Source of the DNA: Chiloscyllium plagiosum
Taxonomy: Eukaryota
DNA: 64,000 nt
NCBI RefSeq assembly: GCF_004010195.1
Contig: NC_057719.1
Span: 25,931,641-25,995,640, forward strand
Reading direction: 5' to 3'
The position numbers were made by a program, and so were the translations under genes. Shown piece by piece: positions 52,782 through 63,345 of the stretch. The first letter of the stretch is position 1. Each line of letters starts with the position of its first letter. Under the pieces are notes generated by a model. That model saw only the letters and a list, made by a program, of their open reading frames with translations. It was not told the DNA's origin and ran no database searches.

Positions 52782-52960
52782 AGAAATTACTGGAAAAAAT
52801 CAGCAGACATGGCAGCATCAATGGAAAGAAAGCATTTCGGGTCCAGTGACCCTTCTTCAGAACTGTTCTGAAGAACAGATGCTGCCAGACCTGCTGAGTT
52901 TTTCCAGCAATTTCGGCTTTTATTTCTAATTTCCAGCATCTTCAGTTCTTTGCGTTTTTG
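52782..52960. mobile_element. Fold-back Penelope-derived element with an HHR motif at the inversion point
   Basis: Minus strand reads ctgaagaagggtcactggacccgaaatg (52833-52860). Arms agaaattactggaaaaaatcagcaga / cctgctgagtttttccagcaatttc. Confidence 0.8.
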
Positions 52961-53539
52961 GGTAATGCAGTGTTTATCAGTCATCAGCTCATTTCAAATA
53001 CCAGTGATTTATTTTGTGTTCTCAGGCAGCAAGCTCACCAGCTCCTACTACATCATACAATAACAGTGCTTAAAACTGCAATACAATCAAAAGTGCAGCC
53101 TTCCAAATGATGTTCCACTGTTCCCCTGTGGTCTCCCATCCCATCAATGCAGTGTATGCTGAAATAATCAAATACACTTCAGGCAAGCATATAACATGTC
53201 GGGCTGATTCTTAATGCTTTTGAGCAGGCTGTTTTGATTTCTTTGGAGGGATTTTTGCCACAAGGCACATGAGATTTCTCGCCATATCTTACCAAAGCTG
53301 TCTCATTAACTAATTACTATGACCCTATAGCATCCTTCCCATTCTTACCCATCCCCATCTTACCAAGAGCTTTTCCTGGAATAACACACCATTCACTACA
53401 TATCTGCTGAAGGATGAGCAAATAACACCATCTTTAAAAAGTGGCTGTGCACCCAGACAAGTGTTGACAAACTGGTGTTGCCTTTCACTGGCAACATAAT
53501 TGCACAGCAGCTACAAACCCAAACTACTCAGGGCACCAC

Positions 53540-53990
53540 CATCATCATTGGCAGTCCCTCATAGACGAGGATGGCTGTCTTCCACTCTAAGGGTGAGTCC
53601 GTGGGTGGCTATATAGTCTGACGTGGTTTTCTCAGACTCTGTTATACTTGGATCAGAAGATGGTCTTGGGAAGGGGTGGGTGTTGTGTTAGTGTGGCAGT
53701 GCACTCCATGCGCTGTTTGTGCCCGGCTTCTGCTTTTTCCAGGCGGCAAGTCTATAAGTATTCAATGCCTTCCCAGATGTTCCTTTGGACGATCTTGGGC
53801 CAGTGAATCCCAGATGTCTGTAGGAATGCTGCACTTTGCCACTGAGGTCTTGAGGGTATCTGTTGGTGCTTCCTCTATCCACCTGGGGCCCACCTGCAAT
53901 TTCAGAGCTGGGAGTAGACCATCAACCGGTCATGCAGACAATGTGATCAGACCATTGCAGCTGATCAAGGGTGGTCAGTGCCTCAATGCC
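53540..53990 (-). mobile_element. RTE-clade LINE 3' fragment
   Basis: Minus strand ends gagggactgccaatgatgatgg ((GAT)n-type tail). Degraded C-terminus DTLKTSVAKCSIPTDIWDSLAQDRPK. Confidence 0.75.
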
Positions 53991-54460
53991 TCATGGCACG
54001 TGGTTCACACTCCCTTCTACGTACAATCCCATTCTCTCACCCTAGTCACTATGAAATCACCAGGCCACACATAGTTCCTGTCCTTAGCTTTTTCCCATCT
54101 GAACACCCTCTCTAGGTCACTGCTACTCTGGCCCCAAATGCCCACCAGACATCCACATCCTGTTATTGTCCAGTAAGGGAACATCACATACAGGCAAGCA
54201 ATCGGGCAAGTCCAAACGTGAGCATTAACTGACAGCCAGAAGAAGGTGAATATAACCAAACAAATCAAGCTAGCAGTTCTCCCCCACTGTGCAAATCAAA
54301 TGCTGACATCGTAACCAACGACTGTTTAACATTCCACGGTGGTCTGCACCCAGCTCGCATCGACTAGAACTGGGTGTCACCAAGGTCTTATCTGACTTGT
54401 AGTGACTGATGCAGCAGAACTCTGTCACCCACAAGGACAGCTTCCTCCAGCTCAATATAT

Positions 54461-54805
54461 TGGGGAGGCAATGACCCAGTGGTATTAACGCTGGACTGTT
54501 CATCCAGTTTTGGATGAACATAGTGTTCTGGGTACCTGGGTCCAATTCACACTGTGGCAGATTGTGGAATTTGAATTTAATAAATGTCTGGAATTAAGGG
54601 TTGAATGATGACCATGAATCCATTGTCGGTTGTCAGAAAACCCCATCTGGTTCATTAATGCCCTTTAGGGAAGGAAACTGCCATTCTTACCTGGAGTGGC
54701 CTACATGTGACTCTAAACTCACAGCAACATGGTTGACTCTTAACTTCCCTCTGGCAATTAGGGATGGGCGATAAATGCAGGCACCATGAATGAATTAAAA
54801 AATAA
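54461..54805 (+). mobile_element. SacSINE1/DeuSINE-like SINE, full length
   Basis: tRNA-like head, central block ctggttcattaatgccctttagggaaggaaactgcc..ggcctacatgtgactc, and tail caattagggatgggcgataaatgc. Confidence 0.85.
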
Positions 54806-54859
54806 AATCCTCATCTCTCTCTTCCTGTGCCCTCAGTTCCTTAACATCCAAGATGTTAC

Positions 54860-55330
54860 CTTGTTGACTGCACAATTGTTGAACATTATACACCAGGATG
54901 GTGCAGCACACTCTGCCCAGCCTATACTGGAGGGCCCACCAGACAGCTCCAAGCTGCAGGAGTGTATCTTCAGTGGCCCAGTCCACCACTGTCCTGGTTA
55001 CAGCATGTGCACCAATGTGGTGTAAGGGCTGCACCAATTGAGTGACTAATACATTACACCAAAAAGGGTGTGTCTGCTGTGCTCTGAACCCCTTCCCATT
55101 GCAGACCCACCTCAACCGTGAAACCGGTTACTGAAATCAGCCCAGTCCATTGTCATACCTACTCAGATATGATGTAGCATTGTTCCCCCATCCCATAGCA
55201 CTTTCGGAAGTTTCACAAATTATGGGATGCTTTAGGCCAGAGTTTGCCTCCTTTTAATACATTGCCACTAAATTCCGCAGCACCAAGATGCCAGCATTAC
55301 AGTTGCAAGCATTCACTACACGGAGCAATT
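54860..55330 (-). pseudogene. Second degraded Harbinger transposase remnant
   Basis: AHAVTRTVVD...ALQYRLGRVCCTILVY resembles the HARBI1-type C-terminus (H..TR..VE...ALQY.P.RV..II). Confidence 0.6.
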
Positions 55331-55784
55331 TGCCTTTGGCTGACATTTGAAAACTAAGCACATTCTTGCTGCATGCATTGCAAATGAGTGAGGAAATGAT
55401 TGTCAGTAATGTCACTGGAGTTTGCCTGCTTTATGCTTTTGCCCCAGCCATGTAAAAATGATCCAAATGTTGATCCTGTGCTTTTACCTGTCAAAGTGAC
55501 ACTGACTCTGCCCACCCTGCATTGTCCCATCTATTTTCCATTTTCCAGTTGTATTTTGCATTTAGATAACCGGAATTGGTGGCAGGGAATGCGCCATCAG
55601 CACTGAGCTCTGCCTGGTCGGCAGGTAACCACCAACACTAACTTTCATCCCACCACCCCTCTGAGCCTTCATGTTTCCTGTTACCTTGTTCTACCCCAAC
55701 AGCCCATTTCTATCTGTTCTTCTCACATAAAGACCCATTGGACTAGCTACCACTCACATGTTTGAATACACATGCAGTGTGCTT

Positions 55785-56105
55785 AGATCATAGATCATAG
55801 AAGATCATAGAATCCCTACAGTGAGGAAACAGGCCCTTCGGCCCAACAAGTCCACACTGACCTTCCGAAGAGGAACCAACCCAGACCCATTCCCCTCCCC
55901 TATATTCACTATAACTTACACATCCCTGAACACTATGGGCAATTTAGTGTGGCCAATTCACCTAACCTGTACATCTTTTGATTGTGGGAGCAAAAAGGAG
56001 CACCCAGAGGAAACCCACGTAGACGTGGGGAGAATGTGCAAATTCCACACAGACAGTCTCCCTCGCACTGTGAGGCAGCAGTGCTAACCACTGAGCCACC
56101 ATGCT
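55785..56105 (-). mobile_element. HE1-type SINE with an internal deletion
   Basis: Colinear with 1596-1916; tail (tagatca)n on the plus strand. Confidence 0.88.
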
Positions 56106-57079
56106 TGCCATGCAGGCAGCTGACACATGCTAAAGAAGGTAAATTGACATTTTGGCATGCTCTCCAGCAAGATGCCACCCAACCCTGGATAAAACCCTTA
56201 TGACAAGCCTGACAAGCAGCCTGTCTGTGTGTCTGCACTAAAGAGCACATCGACAAGGCAGTCCTGACAGCCTTCGGTTCTGGCTGAAATGTCAATACAC
56301 TAACTGGCATGATAAGGTCTGGCAAGGCATGGAGTTGATAGACATATAGGCAGACGCAAAGTGAGTGAGCACTAGGAGAGCAAGTCCTGTGCTGCAGTCC
56401 GGTCCAATCCATAAGCTGGGTGCCTGATCTCTGTTTGTACACTGTTCCTGTCATAGCCTTTCAATGCTATTTTCAGGTGCACCCTGCAATGCTCTGCCAG
56501 TGTGTCAGAGAGAAGTCATGATGGCCATGAGGTTTGGCAAATATCGAATGCCAATGTCCATGGAAGAGGGACTGATGCAGCTGGTGTCTTGTGAATCATG
56601 CCCTGAGCTGCACTTTGTTCCTCAGCTGTTTGCAGCCAGCAGTGAGCTGGTCACCAGGTACCTGCAGTGACTTTCAGGTCACGAATTCTGGACATCTAGC
56701 TTATTTCGCGCATTTGGTGAGATAGGAAACTAACTATTGATGGGTGGGGGGAATCGTGCCATTAACAAGGCATGAAACAAGCTAATCCCTTTTCAATTGG
56801 CAACTTGCCTCTGCCTGGTGAGAAACGCACGTCGCAACATAAAAGATGCAGCAAAGCACAAGTTTCATCTTTAGTGGTATGATTCACATTCTTTTTGAGA
56901 TTCATACACTCATTATTTCCAAAGCATCCTGAATTAGTGCAAACGAATCATTGGAGTTTGAAAAACAGGGACACGCTGTCAAAAAATGCTATACTGATAA
57001 GCTAGCTAAACTACTGTTAGATTTGCAAAATTGCATCTCCTCCAGTTCATGTTGCAAATTGAGGTCAGGCTAGAAAGAG

Positions 57080-57165
57080 CTTGAAGAAAAGTCAGTGGAC
57101 CCAAAATTCTGTTTTCTCTCCACACATGTTGCCAGACCTGCTGATTAGTAGTTTTATTTTTTGTT
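57080..57165 (+). mobile_element. Short degraded Penelope pLTR remnant
   Basis: ttgaagaaaagtcagtggacccaaaa..ttttctctccacacatgttgccagacctgctg. Confidence 0.6.
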
Positions 57166-58199
57166 TAAAAAGCACTTGGACACCTCTTTTCCACCCAGGA
57201 AGAAATGTTGGATTCTTTTCAGATCCATTTCAATTGCAGTTTGATTTCAATTTGCTTCCTAATTCACCACCACCTCCAGAATTACACAGAGGCTGAATCC
57301 TGTATGTCTTCACCATGCTGATTCTGCACAGAATGGAATTGAATATCAAGCCAATCCCAAACCTTTCTGAATTAGACTTGTAGGTTCATTCACAAAGTAC
57401 CCTTCAGATACATTTGGACCGCTGCAAAGAGATGTGCGGAGTGTGACCAACCTCTACATGTCTCACTGACTTTGATTGTGTCCCTCCAAGTTCCTTGAAC
57501 TAGCTTGTGAAAAGTCAGTTTTTTCACAATTTCCTTTACAAAAGCACTTGAAGGAAATCATGATGGAATTGAGTTACACTTTAGCGTAAATAACATGAAT
57601 TCAAAGGGATTTCTAAGAGAGATTCGGGTTGTATTAAAAACTAATAAATCAGCTCGAGTGACGTCTACGCTCACATGGGATAAGTTTGACATTGTGCACA
57701 TGATGTAAGACAGGCAATTTTAATTCAGCCATCCATCACATCCTTTCAAGTTTTACTTCACGCTGAAAAATTTCACTAGTCAGGTGTATCACAATCATTT
57801 TTTCCATACTCGTTCATGAGATCTGGGTATCACAGGCTGAGCCAGTATTTACTGCCCAGCCCATTCTGCACAATGATTCAATCACATTACTATGGTACCT
57901 AGAGTCACAAGAAGGCATTGTTTTGTTTTGGTACTCATCTGACAAGAAGCCTATCCTACCAACCAAAACATTTGCAGCCATTCTTGTAGGACTTATTTGA
58001 ATCCTCTGTGATTCAGTAGGAGTTTCAGTTACACACTGCCTCACAGATCTGTTTTTTTATGATTAATCCCGTTCCTGAATAGTTACCAATTACCCCTTAG
58101 GCTCCTTCAAAATGAGACAAGAATCTGATGTACATAGGAACTGTGCCAAAGCATGCATCTTGCTTGTGACTGACACTATCCATTTCTTCATCCTTAGTT

Positions 58200-58520
58200 T
58201 TCATAGAATCCCTACAGTGTGGAAACAGGCCCTTCGGCCCAACCCTCCGAAGAGTAACCCACCCAGCTGCTCCCCTGTTATCCTACATTTACCCCCGACT
58301 AATGCACCTAACCTACACATCCCAGAACACTATGGCTTGGCCAATTCATCTAATCTGCACATTTTTGGATTGTGGGAGGAAACTGGAGCACCCAGAGGAA
58401 ACCCATGCAGACATAGGGAGAATGTGCAAACCCCACACAGACAATCGCCCAAGGCTGGAATTGAACCCAGGTCCCTTGAGGTGTGAGGCAGCAGTGCTAA
58501 CTACTGAGCCATAGTGCCAC
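58200..58520 (-). mobile_element. HE1-type SINE
   Basis: Colinear with the other HE1 copies. Confidence 0.9.
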
Positions 58521-61482
58521 CCCTTTGAACATATGAGCATGTACTGTTGCAGCCAGTTATCAAAGTACTGCAAAATGTACAAAAGGAAGTTGGACAAATT
58601 ATCAAAATTAATTCTCTGGTTCTGCATACCCTGTTGCTTTAGACACAATAATAATAACAACAATCAAGTTTCGAACTCTAACTGGGGAGGGAATCTGAAT
58701 GCTGAGGACCTTGGTTATAACTTCATTAATTTATCACAACCATGCTAGATCCCTTGAGGACAATAGTTTAATTGCAAAGAGAATACCCAATGGAACACCT
58801 TATTGCAGTCAGCAAGATTTTGACCTAAAAGCTATCAATAAACTAAAGAAAGGGCATTCTAAATAAAGCATCTCACCAAACAGAAACTTGACAATAAGAT
58901 CTCAACTGGGATAAATATGAGGCAACTCTAGTTAAATGGCTTGATGGTTTTCTTGCTTATGAATAGAATACTAACTGCATAAAGAAAAGTGCTTTTATTA
59001 CAACACCAGTCATGCTAGGGATGTTCTAATCCAAAGGAAAAAGACAGCTTTGGGTCAGGAGGGTGTTTAAAGAAAAAGAAATATGAATCCTCACTACAAA
59101 GTACACCTGGTTTCAAGAAAGGCAAAATGAGGGTGGGAAATCTACCCTCTCCAAAGTTGTGCTGCCAGCCTCATTTTTATGCACCATTTTAAAATTAACT
59201 TGGGATGACAGACTTTTCAAAGTCACAGCAGGTACAGAGAGGCAAGGATTTTGGAACTTGGACACAAGTAAATTCTCCCTCACCAGCTGGGCACAGTTTC
59301 CCTGCCTCTGCATTACCCAGTGACTGAAAATCTCCTCCAGCCCTTCAGATCTCTCTCCATGCTGACAGGTCGGATTTCCTTTCAGCTCCACTTAACCTTT
59401 TATTCACCTCCCTACACCACCAGTGATTTCAGACTCACCCTGTACGAAACCTCAATTCTACCCACCGTCCCCTCCACGCGTTCAACTTGCCAAACAATGG
59501 CTCCAATCTCCTCGAAACAAGTTCACCTTTACCCCTCAAACCCAGAGGCTCCAAACAACTCAGCTGACTCTGATCCACCCTCTATCCTCAATGTGTCTGA
59601 CCGTATCTTTCAAGATCAGTGATCCATCCTCCATGCCTCTGATCTCCTTCTTCACTTCTCACTAGGATTGTAGCATCGCCTTAAGAGATTCAGACCCTTT
59701 ACCCCCCTCTTCCCTGATCTTTGGAGGTCTCTGGTCCTGCAGCCTCTCCTTCAGTGTGCCCATACATATTGACAATCAAGGGTGATCGTGCTGATGTCAG
59801 GATGAAGAAACTAACTGCGGCATAACATGCACAGTTGAGATGCCCCAACATCTGGGTTTCCCACATACAACTGAGCATTGCTGCTCCAGTGTGTCAAAAA
59901 GTTAAAATTCTCCCTGCTGTTTTGATGGATCTAGGTCACTGCCACCTTTGTTATTTTTTCATATCACTTCATGCTAACAAAGTTCAAACATATTTAATGA
60001 TTCTCTATGATTTTAAAGAAATTATTAGAGTCACACATTGAGAAACCAGGTGCACAGAACCCTTTTTTTAGCACTAACTTGTAGGCTGAGCAAAATAGCG
60101 GACTAGAAAAACATGCACAATTCGGCTAAAAGTGCCAGTTGAGGTGACAACAATATTTAAGGACAAGAATGACACATTTATATGATTGAGTTCTGTGTAT
60201 CATGTGGGACCTGCTTCCCCTGACATGGGTTAAATTGACAGAGCAATCCCCAAGGATCATGTCAGGAGATTCTGTTGATTAAGACTGCGACAAACTTGGA
60301 GGAGGGACTCATTGCCAGAATTTCTTCACGCAGAACCATTTCTTATTTATTAGAATGAATTATACTCAAAAACAGTGCAGTTGAGAATGAGGAGATTGCA
60401 GGTGACTTCATGCTAAAGTTTCTGAACTCAGTGGGAGGCTGATTATCGACTGGGATCTCCCTAATTCTTTTTACAATGTTTTCACTTTTATCCTCAGATA
60501 CAAGATTATTATATCATGTTTTGTTACATGACCACTGAATTTGACTTATGTTGACATACATCAACTCAGGACCACAAAGTGAGTGCCAACTAAAAAATGC
60601 TGTCACTATATATAGAAAATTCCAACCTCTGAATTCCAAACCCATTAAGTACATCTATTGGAAGGTTAGATTTACAAAGATACCTTATGCAATGACAGTC
60701 TGCACAGCTTTGTAAAAGGCCAAGTCAATTTAAACTGCCTTCTGACATCTACAGACAAAATAATCAGTTTTTGCAAATTGCAAACTCAGTCCCAATTTCC
60801 AGTTTTGATGATAGATGTGTATGATAGACAGGAGAGATGAACAACCTCAGAAAACAGGTTAGTCCATAGAACATTTTTACCAAAGCTGCGTGTCTCTATT
60901 TTGTAAGATTTTTGATTTTAACCCATAGATGCTGGGTTTCCCAGGGCTCAGGATTCCCAGCAGGCAACATAATACATATTTCCAGGTTTCATGTTCTGAT
61001 ATCAACTCCTCCGACTTCTCCCCACACCGACCTCCACTCTCTCCGTACCTTCAAGCAGAAATAGAGAACTGAAAAAAATGTCTTACTTTAATAAATCCTT
61101 TCCCACTCACATTCCTAACAATGACTAATATGTGCCATACTTTTAAGATTGTTGTTAATTGAAATTAATTAACCTCAACTTGCTATCAAATAACATAGGC
61201 TAAACATTAATGTTGCCAAAGTTAGAGGACAAATGTTTAACAAGCTCAAATAACATTTCTTTGGCCATTACTTTAAAGCAGTCATTGATTAGTTTATGCA
61301 AATAAAGATACAGATCGAGGAAGTCGTGGATACATGTTAAGCATTAACTGCAAATATTATTTTTAAATGGAGAAGTATTAATGCTTTCATGTTGACATTG
61401 AATTTTAAGTCTCAGAAACATAAACATAATGGTTATACCTTCTTTCACCCTGAGAATATGAGGAAAGGCTATCCAAATAAAA

Positions 61483-61650
61483 TAAAACAAAACACTGCAG
61501 ATGCTGGAAATCTGAAACAAAAATAGAAATTACTGGAGCAATTCGGCAGATCTGTCAGCAACTGTGGAGAGAAAGCAGACATAACACGTCACTGGACCCC
61601 AAACTTTGCTTTCTCTTCACAGATGCTGCCAGACCTACTAAATTTCTCTC
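61483..61650. mobile_element. Fold-back Penelope-derived element; the junction falls inside the HHR
   Basis: Arms gcagatctgtcagcaactgtggagagaaagcag / gctttctcttcacagatgctgccagacc; centre gtcactggacccc is an HHR stem II remnant. Confidence 0.75.
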
Positions 61651-61744
61651 TATGTAAATAGAAGTTCTTTCATAGTTTGTGCGAAGATTTGTAGCTCGGG
61701 TGCTCGTTGTTGTGGTTCTGTTTGCCGAGCTGGAAGTTTTTGTT

Positions 61745-61784
61745 GCAAACGTTTCGTCCCCTGGCTAGGCGACATCATCAGTGC
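61745..61784 (-). ncRNA. Second hammerhead motif, an identical inverted copy
   Basis: Reverse complement reads gcactgatgatgtcgcctagccaggggacgaaacgtttgc. Confidence 0.75.
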
Positions 61785-61906
61785 TGGGTACCCAATATAC
61801 CAACCACGACAGCGGACAGCTGAAACTGACAACCAGAAGCGGCAGGGACAGACCACTATAAACACCAGAGGAAACATCAAAGAAGCGCTTCGCAGGAGGC
61901 TCCCAA

Positions 61907-61946
61907 GCACTGATGATGTCGCCTAGCCAGGGGACGAAACGTTTGC
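61907..61946 (+). ncRNA. Minimal type-I hammerhead ribozyme motif with an intact core
   Basis: GCA-CUGAUGA-U-[GUCGCCU agcc AGGGGAC]-GAAAC-GUU-UGC: stem I GCA/UGC, palindromic ACGU stem III, predicted cleavage after GUU (61943). Confidence 0.8.
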
Positions 61947-62345
61947 AACAAAAACTTCCAGCTCGGCGAACAGAACCACAACAAGTTCTTTCATTCTATT
62001 TCTTCCACCGGTGGTTCAGGAGCTAGAATCCCTGATATCTAGTGTAGAAGTATTTGTGTCTGATAGCCCAAGTTTTACAATGAGAGCAGTGCATACTCAT
62101 TTTCTTCACATCGATCTGAAAATGCAGTGATCATAAAGTTATGCATATCTGGCCTTTGTAGTTGCTTTCCAACTCTCTGGCATCTACTTCAACAATATTT
62201 CCTGCAGCAGTTATCAACTACGACTGAGAGCAAATAGAGCAGTCAAATGGGAATGCTGGAAAGAAAGGATGTCTTTGGTGGGGAGAGAACAGATGGGAAA
62301 AGGGAACAGACAGTTAAAGGAATTCCTCAGCTCAATTCAACCTAC

Positions 62346-62492
62346 ATGATCATTCCATTTCCAGTACTTGGTGTAAACAGTTCCTTTTCATCCTCAATTT
62401 CTCTTCTTCTTTGTAATGAACTGCTGCCAGCTGAGTAAATAATCCCTGCTTCATGGTTGTAGGCCATCTGTGAGTTCAAATCTCGTGTTCCA
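62346..62492 (-). CDS. Weak candidate 147-nt symmetric exon (GTRDLNSQMAYNHEAG...ELFTPSTGNGMI)
   Basis: Acceptor aatattttcag|, donor cat|gtaggt (moderate), open frame, length divisible by 3. No recognised homology. Confidence 0.2.
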
Positions 62493-62559
62493 CTGAAAAT
62501 ATTTGTAAAAGTGCCAGAGAAGTTTACATACTCAATTCACAAGAAATTTAGTAATCTGT

Positions 62560-63020
62560 TTCACACCAAAAGTTCCTATTTCCCTCAATAACTCTTCATA
62601 TTCTGAAGTCAACTCCCTTTATTCTTAATCACTGCGTGCCTATCTCAGAAGGTTATTTGAACATTGCTCTATCAATTTTGGACACTGGGAATGGTTTATC
62701 CACTTATGTCTCATCCCAAGCCTCCAGGTCAATCTTATTTCTCCATTGCTTGCTTAATGCCGTATTTTTTATCCCTCTACTGTCAGTGGATTTCAACTGC
62801 TTAGGTCTTATGACAGCAGAAATCTCCCTCCAAGTGTTTGAAACTTGCCACATTTCTTTCCTCCTTTGAGGTACTTCTTAGATTCTATTACTTTAACCAA
62901 GCTTTGGGCCAACTGCCCTGGCCTGTGTTTGGTCAGGTTTGAAATTTCTTTGATAACACTCCTGCAAAACACCTTGGGATGTTTTATTACTTTATTGGCA
63001 TGATATTGATACAAGTAGTT
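62560..63020 (+). mobile_element. Degraded L2-like 3' fragment
   Basis: tctattactttaaccaagctttggg..ttgataacactcctgcaaaacaccttgggatgttttattac resembles an L2 3'UTR. Confidence 0.5.
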
Positions 63021-63065
63021 CATGTAACTCATCAATTATACTGTGGGCAGAGCTCTGCATTTTTC

Positions 63066-63345
63066 TGAGGTAAAAACAATGACTGCAGATGCGGGAAACC
63101 AGATTCTGGAGTAGAGTGGTGCTGGAAAAGCACAGCAGTTCAGGCAGCATCCAAGGAGCAGGAAACTCGACGTTTCGGGCAAAAGCCCTTCATTGGAGTA
63201 AAGCTCTCTATTGGAGTAAGCAAATTATTCTGCCTAATTTATTTTGTCCAAGTGTTTTACTGTTTCAGCCTTTACAAAATCCTACACAACGGATCTCGGT
63301 TTAAAACGAACTGCTGTGCTTTTCCAGCACCACTCTACTCCAGAA
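63066..63345. mobile_element. Young fold-back Penelope-derived insertion containing a copy of local genomic DNA
   Basis: TSD tctgcatttttc (63054-63065, 63346-63357). Arms agattctggagtagagtggtgctggaaaagcacagcagttc and its reverse complement from 63308. HHR truncated at about 63193. Confidence 0.92.

Larger units (their letters stand above)
61674..61982. mobile_element. Young 309-bp Penelope-derived insertion with about 80-bp inverted arms
   Basis: Perfect 12-bp TSD aagttctttcat (61662-61673, 61983-61994). Arms 61707-61788 and 61902-61984 are nearly identical in reverse complement. Confidence 0.92.
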
